Notes under the pieces: model-generated
The model's database searches: none
What the model was told of the DNA's origin: nothing
Seen by the model: the letters and a program-made list of their open reading frames with translations, nothing else
Position numbers and translations under genes: made by a program
In this document: piece after piece, positions 58,466 to 64,000 of the stretch
How the letters are laid out: every line of letters begins with the position of its first letter
How positions within the stretch are numbered: position 1 is the stretch's first letter
Assembly (NCBI GenBank): GCA_044376115.1
Contig: JBILLK010000010.1
Location: 96,001-160,000, forward strand
Direction: 5' to 3'
DNA from: Polyangiaceae bacterium
Lineage (GTDB): Bacteria > Myxococcota_A > Polyangia > Polyangiales > Polyangiaceae
DNA: 64,000 nt

Positions 58466-58960
58466 ATGCCCAAGCAGGTCCTCCTCGCCATCGTCCTTAT
58501 GCTTTCGCTCCTTGTCGGCTGTCAGCCGGCGGTCACGCTGCGCTCGGCAACGCTGAGAGGAGCGTCACCCACGGGCATCTCGTTTGATGCCGTCTTGGCG
58601 GTCGAGAATCCAAATCTTTTCGACCTGCAAGTACGAGCCGTGCGCGCCAACGCCAAGCTCGACGGGGTCAAAGGCGTGGTGCCGATCTTCATCGAGCCAA
58701 ACACCTGGATTCCTGCGGGGCGCACGGTGCTCATTCCCGTGCCGATCACGCTGCCCTGGCAGATGATCCCACCGGTGCTCGCAGCCACGGTTGGAGACGC
58801 CAAAGTCACCTATCACGTGAGCGGCACCGCAGACGTTACCGCCACGCAGGCGTTCGCCATCGATCGCGATATGTACGAGTTCGACGATGAAGGCGAACTA
58901 CCGCGCGGCTTCCTGATGAAGGTTGGGACGGGCGGCTTTCAAATCGGCATCGGGCAGTAA
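58466..58960 (+). CDS. LEA type 2 (WHy-domain) lipoprotein
   Basis: LVGC lipobox, LAVENPNLFDL (NPN motif), IPAG, YHVSG. Confidence 0.85.
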   Translation: MPKQVLLAIVLMLSLLVGCQPAVTLRSATLRGASPTGISFDAVLAVENPNLFDLQVRAVRANAKLDGVKGVVPIFIEPNTWIPAGRTVLIPVPITLPWQMIPPVLAATVGDAKVTYHVSGTADVTATQAFAIDRDMYEFDDEGELPRGFLMKVGTGGFQIGIGQ

Positions 58961-59000
58961 CGCTCAGCGGGCCGTTGCCTCAGGCCTCGCGTAGTCGCGC

Positions 59001-60068
59001 TCAGGCCTCGGGTAGAAGACGCGTCACGAACCAAAAGAGCCCGAGCACCGCTACCGCGACGCTGAGCACCTTCACGCCGCGTTCACGGAACCACTCGCGC
59101 TTGCCCAACACCAAGATGATGGGCAACACCAGCGCCATCACCATCAGTTGCCCCAGCTCGACGCCGACGTTGAAGGTCGCTAGTCCAAGCGCGAGATGGC
59201 CTTGCGGCACGCCAATCTCACCGAGCGCGCCGGCAAAACCGAAGCCGTGAATCAAGCCAAAGGCGGCTGTGATTCGCCAGCGCTTGCTAGCGTCCTTCAC
59301 CAAGAAGTTCTCGACGCCGACGTAGGCCACGCTGAGCGCGATCAGCGGCTCGATCACCGAGCCAGGCGGATTGAGCACGCCCGTAACGGCCAAACCCAAC
59401 GTCACCGAGTGGGCCACGGTGAAGGCCGTCACCATCGCGAGCATGTGCTTCAGCCGCCCACCGATGATCACCAGGCCAAGGAGAAACACGAGGTGATCGA
59501 AGCCCATCAGGATGTGCTCGATGCCCAGCTTGATGTACTCGACCGAGATTTGAGCGCGCGTTCGGGCGACGGGCGCTTGCTCTGCGCTTGGCGCCGAACC
59601 GGCTGGCGGCGCGAGCTCGAGGGTTGGCCTTCCAGAGTGCAACGTGTCATCGCGCTTACCCGCGCTGTCGCTGATGAACGCCGCGTGGGTATGGCCAATC
59701 CGCAGCGCTTTGAATAGCGCCCCAAGCTCGACGTGGTAGTTGCCCTCCGTCCCGCACGGTGGGTACTCGAGCTCGATAAGCCAGTCCTTCTCCACCAAGC
59801 TCGACTTGGGCGCGGAGCCTTCACAGACCGTATCGCCGCGACGCAAAACCACCAACGTGGCGAGCTTGGCTGCTTGCTCGGCGGAGGGTGCAGCATCGCT
59901 GGAACCTCCGGTTGCGAGCGCTCCCTCACGCGGAGAAAGGTTGATGCGTATCGAGGTTCCCGCCTCGGTCACGGCGTATTCGCCTTTGGAGGCTCCCAGC
60001 TCATGCGCGAACAAGCGCTGCGGTAAGGCGAGGATCAGCAAAGCGACGACGAACCACCAGCTACGCAT
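59001..60068 (-). CDS. HupE/UreJ-family membrane protein with an N-terminal periplasmic domain
   Basis: Signal peptide ending LFA|HE, LGIEHILMGFDHLVFL, TAFTVAHSVTL, EPLIALS, FGLIHGFGFA, FNVGVELGQ. Alternative start at 60107. Confidence 0.92.
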   Translation of the reverse strand: MRSWWFVVALLILALPQRLFAHELGASKGEYAVTEAGTSIRINLSPREGALATGGSSDAAPSAEQAAKLATLVVLRRGDTVCEGSAPKSSLVEKDWLIELEYPPCGTEGNYHVELGALFKALRIGHTHAAFISDSAGKRDDTLHSGRPTLELAPPAGSAPSAEQAPVARTRAQISVEYIKLGIEHILMGFDHLVFLLGLVIIGGRLKHMLAMVTAFTVAHSVTLGLAVTGVLNPPGSVIEPLIALSVAYVGVENFLVKDASKRWRITAAFGLIHGFGFAGALGEIGVPQGHLALGLATFNVGVELGQLMVMALVLPIILVLGKREWFRERGVKVLSVAVAVLGLFWFVTRLLPEA

Positions 60069-60133
60069 TTCACCGCCCCTACGCCCGAGCCGTGCTCGCG
60101 GCCTCATGAGCGCTAGCTTCAAGTGAGCGGGAC

Positions 60134-61438
60134 TCACTTCGGTGCTCCAGCGCTCGCTGAGGCGCTCGGCGCAGGCGAAGCGGCCGCGCAGGCCACGCCC
60201 ACCGTGCTCAATCGGCTCTCGAGCCGCAGCGTCTTCCACTTCAGCGCGGCGGCCGATGCCTTGGTCTCACAGAGCAGGGCCGTCTCTTTGGCGGCCTCCG
60301 CCGCAGCCAGCATCAACTCGTACGCGTCCGCGGTCTTGCGCAGCGAGAGGTTCAATTTCGCGGCGGACAGCGCTTTGGCCGGGTCGGAGCCACCGTTGAT
60401 CCAGAACCAGCCCGCGTGATCGGCGAAGGCCTCCGGATGCTTGGCCATCGCGGCATCGTAGAGCGCGCTCGCGCGCGCAATCAACGCGTCGCCCGACTTT
60501 GCTGCGGTCATGTTCTTGAGCACCCCGAGTTGCGCCAAAACGTCCGGCTCTTCCACCGCACCGAGCGCCTCCAAGATCGCCACGCCCTCACTCGGCGAAA
60601 GCAGCGGCGCTAAGTGCGTCGCCACGTGAACATGGCTCGGCAACCGCTTGTTGGCCGCGCGAAACAGCGTCGTCGCCGTCGTCAGATCCCCTGCCCGCTC
60701 GAACATCGAAGCGCGATCGAAATAGAGCTGCGAGATCGCGAACGGTGAGACCCCGCGATAGAGCTGCTCGGCCTGAACGAACAGCGCCTCGGCTGGCTCG
60801 CGACCACCCATCGCCCCGACGATCACCGCCTGATCCGCGAGCGACGACATGGTCGGTTCGAGGCGAACCACCGTCATCGCCAACTCGAGCGCCTCGTCGT
60901 AACGACCAACGGCGAGCAGCACGGCCGCCTTGCGCGACATCACCAGCGTGGCTTGCTCTTTTGGCGCCAGCGCCTTTGCGCGCTCGAGTTCAACCAGCGC
61001 TTCGGCGAACTTGTGCGCCGCTGAAAGCCCTCGCGCACGCAGCAACACCGCTTCGAACTCTGGTTTGTCCTCGAGCTTGAGATCGGCGAGCTCCAACGCA
61101 CGCGAATAATCAGCGAGCGCGCCGCTGATCTGAAAGCGCTGTAAAAGCAGACCAAAGAGCTGAGCTTTGTGCGCGACGGTGGGAGCTTCTCGAAGCTTCT
61201 TCTCGGCGACTTTGACCTGCCCCTCGAGGTTACCGAGCGCGAGAGACGGACTCGTCGTGCGGACCGTCGCAAGCGGCATCGGCACTTCGGGCGGGGGTGC
61301 CACCGAACTAGCTAGCGGACTCGGCGCAACTGACGAAGCCGAAGGCGCGGGCAACGACTCATCGGCGCAATGCACGGTGAGCGCGACGAGGACGAGCGAA
61401 GAAACGAAGGAGGGAGCTTTCACGCGGAAGCGCATCAT
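60134..61438 (-). CDS. Tetratricopeptide-repeat (lipo)protein
   Basis: Signal ending TVHC, Pro/Ser linker, repeated TPR helices (HKFAEALVEL, GRYDEALEL). Confidence 0.85.
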   Translation of the reverse strand: MMRFRVKAPSFVSSLVLVALTVHCADESLPAPSASSVAPSPLASSVAPPPEVPMPLATVRTTSPSLALGNLEGQVKVAEKKLREAPTVAHKAQLFGLLLQRFQISGALADYSRALELADLKLEDKPEFEAVLLRARGLSAAHKFAEALVELERAKALAPKEQATLVMSRKAAVLLAVGRYDEALELAMTVVRLEPTMSSLADQAVIVGAMGGREPAEALFVQAEQLYRGVSPFAISQLYFDRASMFERAGDLTTATTLFRAANKRLPSHVHVATHLAPLLSPSEGVAILEALGAVEEPDVLAQLGVLKNMTAAKSGDALIARASALYDAAMAKHPEAFADHAGWFWINGGSDPAKALSAAKLNLSLRKTADAYELMLAAAEAAKETALLCETKASAAALKWKTLRLESRLSTVGVACAAASPAPSASASAGAPK

Positions 61439-61461
61439 ACGGCCGCGAACCACAAACGACG

Positions 61462-61487
61462 AAGCGCCGCGACGAATCGCAGCGCTT
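61462..61487 (-). terminator. Intra-operon hairpin between the DUF4331 genes and the TPR gene
   Basis: Minus strand AAGCGCTGCGA-TTCG-TCGCGGCGCTT followed by CGTCGTTTGT. Confidence 0.6.
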
Positions 61488-61540
61488 GTCGGCTCAACCA
61501 GTGGTTATGCAGCTGGGAGCACGGCCCCCAGCAGGCGCAA

Positions 61541-62380
61541 TCACTGCGGCGCCTTGAGGTACGGGAAGAGCTCGGGGTGGAGGCCAGCGGGCGGAGCCAC
61601 GTTGTCTCCAAACATCCCGGGCACGCCCGCGACGACGCCGTAGGTCACGTCGATCACGTCGTCGATCGGACGACGACCACCGCAGCCGGTGTTGGCAACG
61701 CCGAGGGCGTTGAACTCAACGGCGAGGTAGCCCGAACCGAACGGCGCAGCGGCCGCCGAACAACCGACGCCGGCGGTGTCAACCCACAGGACGTCATCGG
61801 AGAGTACGGTGGCGATCAGGCCGTAGCAAGTTCCGGCGCCTGTACAGGCTCCACCGGCGTAGCCAGGCTGGTTGCCACAAGCGTCGGCGTTGGAGAGCCC
61901 GCCCACACCGGTGTCCAGCGCGTCGAGGATGGCGAGGTTGGCCGCAAACATGCCCTGGTTGCTGTCCCAGTTGCTGGGCAGACCATCGGCGTTGTAAGCG
62001 TCTTCTGCGGCGAAACGCAGCGGGTCGGTAGAAACGGCGTCCACGCTTCCGTCGGGGTTGGCGATCACGAACGTGCCGCTCAGCGCCGTGTTGATCGCCG
62101 GGCGACCCATGCGATCAATTTGAGCAAGCGGCTCGGGGGGCGGCGGGAAGTTCGGGTTCATCCCGCCTTGTCCGCCTTCACCACCTTGACCACCTTGAGC
62201 GCCGCCCTCACCGCCAACGCCGCCTTGGCCACCACCAGCGGTGGAGGTTGAGCCGGCCTCGCCGCCGCCGCCCGTCGCGCCGCCGGAACCACCGCCGCCG
62301 CTGGTCGAGTCATCACCACATGCTGCAAGCGCCATCGCGCCAACAACAAACAAGCTCGCAATCTGAAGAGTTGTTTTCAT
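61541..62380 (-). CDS. DUF4331-family lipoprotein (C-terminal-half motifs)
   Basis: LAAC lipobox, Gly tether, QIDRMGRPAINTAL, DVLWVD, GGRRPIDDVIDV, FPYLKAP. Confidence 0.85.
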   Translation of the reverse strand: MKTTLQIASLFVVGAMALAACGDDSTSGGGGSGGATGGGGEAGSTSTAGGGQGGVGGEGGAQGGQGGEGGQGGMNPNFPPPPEPLAQIDRMGRPAINTALSGTFVIANPDGSVDAVSTDPLRFAAEDAYNADGLPSNWDSNQGMFAANLAILDALDTGVGGLSNADACGNQPGYAGGACTGAGTCYGLIATVLSDDVLWVDTAGVGCSAAAAPFGSGYLAVEFNALGVANTGCGGRRPIDDVIDVTYGVVAGVPGMFGDNVAPPAGLHPELFPYLKAPQ

Positions 62381-62390
62381 ATTGATCTCC

Positions 62391-63143
62391 TCAGTTCCCG
62401 AGCCGGTTGGTGCTTGCCCAAACGGTCACAAAGGGGTTGTCGACGTCAGTGAACAGAGCAGGCTCTGCCTCGATCACGATCGCCAGGCCGTTGGCTGTTG
62501 CGAAGTTGTTGTCAGCGGGCGTTGCAGCGGTCAGCAGACCGCGCAAAGCAGCGCCGGTCTGCGCGGTGATGATGGGGCAGCCATCCGAGTTGAAGGTGAG
62601 ACCACCGTTGGCCGCTGCAATTACCGCAGTACGAGCGCCAGCAAAGCCGGTGGTGCCCCCAGCTCCGGTGAGGAAGAAGTAGAACGGATCCGAACGACGA
62701 CCTGCGAACACGCGAAGATCTCCGCTCTCGCTGGTGGTCCCCGCCTCGACGTCGGACGGACCGGTGACGTAGTCGACGTCCTCCACCCAGCATTGGAAAT
62801 CCTGAGCGGCGTTGAAAGTGCACATCACGTCAGTGGTGCCTGCGGACGGAGCTAGGAAGGCCGGTCGCTTGTCGACGTGGAATTGGTAGACAATCGCATC
62901 GGAGAAGGTGGCGTTTGCGTCGGCGAACGGGCTGACCGTCATACCGAGGATGAGCTTGCCGCCGTCGATGAAGGCGTAAACGTCGTTGATGTCGCCAGCC
63001 ACGTCGGCTGCCACCTGAACTGCCGGGCCATCGCGGTGATCAGCGGCGAATGCGGAGCCCGCAAAAGCCGCTACAGCAGCCAAGGCGCCCGCCCGCAAGA
63101 GACCCTTGCGTAGGGCCTTGAATAAGGGAAGTGAGTTACTCAT
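62391..63143 (-). CDS. DUF4331-family secreted protein (N-terminal-half motifs)
   Basis: GAGGAGG RBS, signal AFA|ADHRDGP, DINDVYAF, FSDAIVYQFHVD, VFAGRRSDPFYF, NGLAIVIE, VWAST. Confidence 0.85.
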   Translation of the reverse strand: MSNSLPLFKALRKGLLRAGALAAVAAFAGSAFAADHRDGPAVQVAADVAGDINDVYAFIDGGKLILGMTVSPFADANATFSDAIVYQFHVDKRPAFLAPSAGTTDVMCTFNAAQDFQCWVEDVDYVTGPSDVEAGTTSESGDLRVFAGRRSDPFYFFLTGAGGTTGFAGARTAVIAAANGGLTFNSDGCPIITAQTGAALRGLLTAATPADNNFATANGLAIVIEAEPALFTDVDNPFVTVWASTNRLGN

Positions 63144-63345
63144 TCGTCCTCCTCGTTCCATGTTGCCCCCAAAACGTTTTGGGAGCGTTTGACACCCGCT
63201 TCCGGGTGTTTGCACTCTACGCGAGGGATGAAAGCGCAGATCGCAACGTCCCCCACGAAAGTCGAGAGGGTGTCGTAACGGCAGGACCGGTCTTGGGCAA
63301 TGCTGCTTTTGGTAAGCCGCGTCATTGTGTCGCACCTTGTCTTAC

Positions 63346-63361
63346 TGGCACAAGACTTGCT
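63346..63361 (+). promoter_or_regulatory. Sigma54 (-24/-12) promoter
   Basis: TGGCAC-AAGAC-TTGCT is a consensus match, about 130 bp upstream of ATG 63490. Confidence 0.8.
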
Positions 63362-63489
63362 CAAAGTGTTGCCGCAGCGACTCGAGCTGGACTAGGGTTC
63401 CGAAGTGGCAGATCCGGGGAAACTGCTGGCGCGTTGAGGCAACGGTGCCGCGTGGTCTGTCCCGGCGCACTCTTGAAGGAGCATTTGAA

Positions 63490-64000
63490 ATGAATCGTGG
63501 AACGCTGGTGTTGCTGGGAGTTTTTGGCGTGGGCTTGGCCATTGGCTGCGGAGATAGCGGCAACGGCGACGGCACTGGCGGAACCGCAGGCGAGGGCGCT
63601 GGCACCGTTGGTGGCGGCGGCTCCACGAATACTGGCGGAGCCGGTGGTGAAGGCGGCACGGCGGGCGGCGGCGGCGAGGGCGGTGCAACCGCTGGTGCAA
63701 CCTGCGCGAGCTACTGCACCACGGTGATGTCGGCCTGCGCCGCTACGCCGCAATACGCCACGCAGTCGGCTTGCGAGGCTGAATGCGCCGCTTTCCCGCA
63801 GGGTGAGCTCGGTGCAACCAGCGGCAACAGCCTTGAGTGCCGCGCCTACCACGCTGGCGTCGCGGTCGACATGCCCGAGCCTCACTGCGTGCACGCAGGT
63901 CCGCTCGGTTCCGGCCCCGTTGCCAACGTCGGTTGCGGTGATTCCCCCTGCGAGGCCTTCTGCCAGATCGCTGAAGAGATCTGCGGCGGCGTCGAGGGGT
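63490..64000 (+). CDS. Cys/His-rich lipoprotein, 3'-truncated by the window edge (not in the ORF track)
   Basis: GAAGGAG RBS. Reads MNRGTLVLLGVFGVGLAIGC, Gly tether, CASYCTTVMSAC..QY..CEAECAAF..GNSLECRAYHA..PHCVHAGP..CGDSPCEAFCQIAEEIC; open to the end of the window. Confidence 0.85.
   Translation, partial: MNRGTLVLLGVFGVGLAIGCGDSGNGDGTGGTAGEGAGTVGGGGSTNTGGAGGEGGTAGGGGEGGATAGATCASYCTTVMSACAATPQYATQSACEAECAAFPQGELGATSGNSLECRAYHAGVAVDMPEPHCVHAGPLGSGPVANVGCGDSPCEAFCQIAEEICGGVEG

Noticed and set aside
1..64000. CRISPR array, tRNA/rRNA genes, IS elements, prophage
   Set aside because: No regularly spaced repeats, cloverleaf motifs, transposase, integrase or phage genes recognised by eye. A covariance-model scan was not possible.

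Overview
High-GC window with gene content typical of a myxobacterium, probably Polyangiales/Sorangiineae-like (inference from Gly-tethered lipoproteins, a kinase-FGE fusion, TIGR02265-like and AgmU-like proteins, and sigma54 promoters). Housekeeping left arm (1-17.8 kb): degenerate sigma54-type regulator, class V aminotransferase, prfC, pilMNOPQ, a Kal-Kce fusion, uppS-cdsA and gdhA. Accessory middle (about 17.8-46.8 kb): immunity-like orphans, a beta-barrel porin, a kdp locus (small peptide, kdpFABC, kdpDE), LysR/oxidoreductase pairs and secreted hydrolases. It carries six reading-frame lesions (three in-frame TAGs, three 1-nt indels). Right arm: ygfZ, a Ser/Thr kinase, a TetR-controlled two-gene operon with PlsA/PlsR (anaerobic plasmalogen/ether-lipid synthase)-like architecture, and a four-gene split-DUF4331 / TPR / HupE-UreJ operon divergent from a sigma54-driven Cys/His-rich lipoprotein. 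Best candidates for undescribed systems: (1) the DUF4331-TPR-HupE module, a putative Cu/Ni-handling system; (2) the Pls-like operon in a myxobacterium; (3) a porin sharing a TTGATA-N15-TTGAT operator with the kdp promoter. No tRNA, rRNA, CRISPR array, integrase or transposase was recognised. All family assignments come from motif recognition by eye, not database searches.
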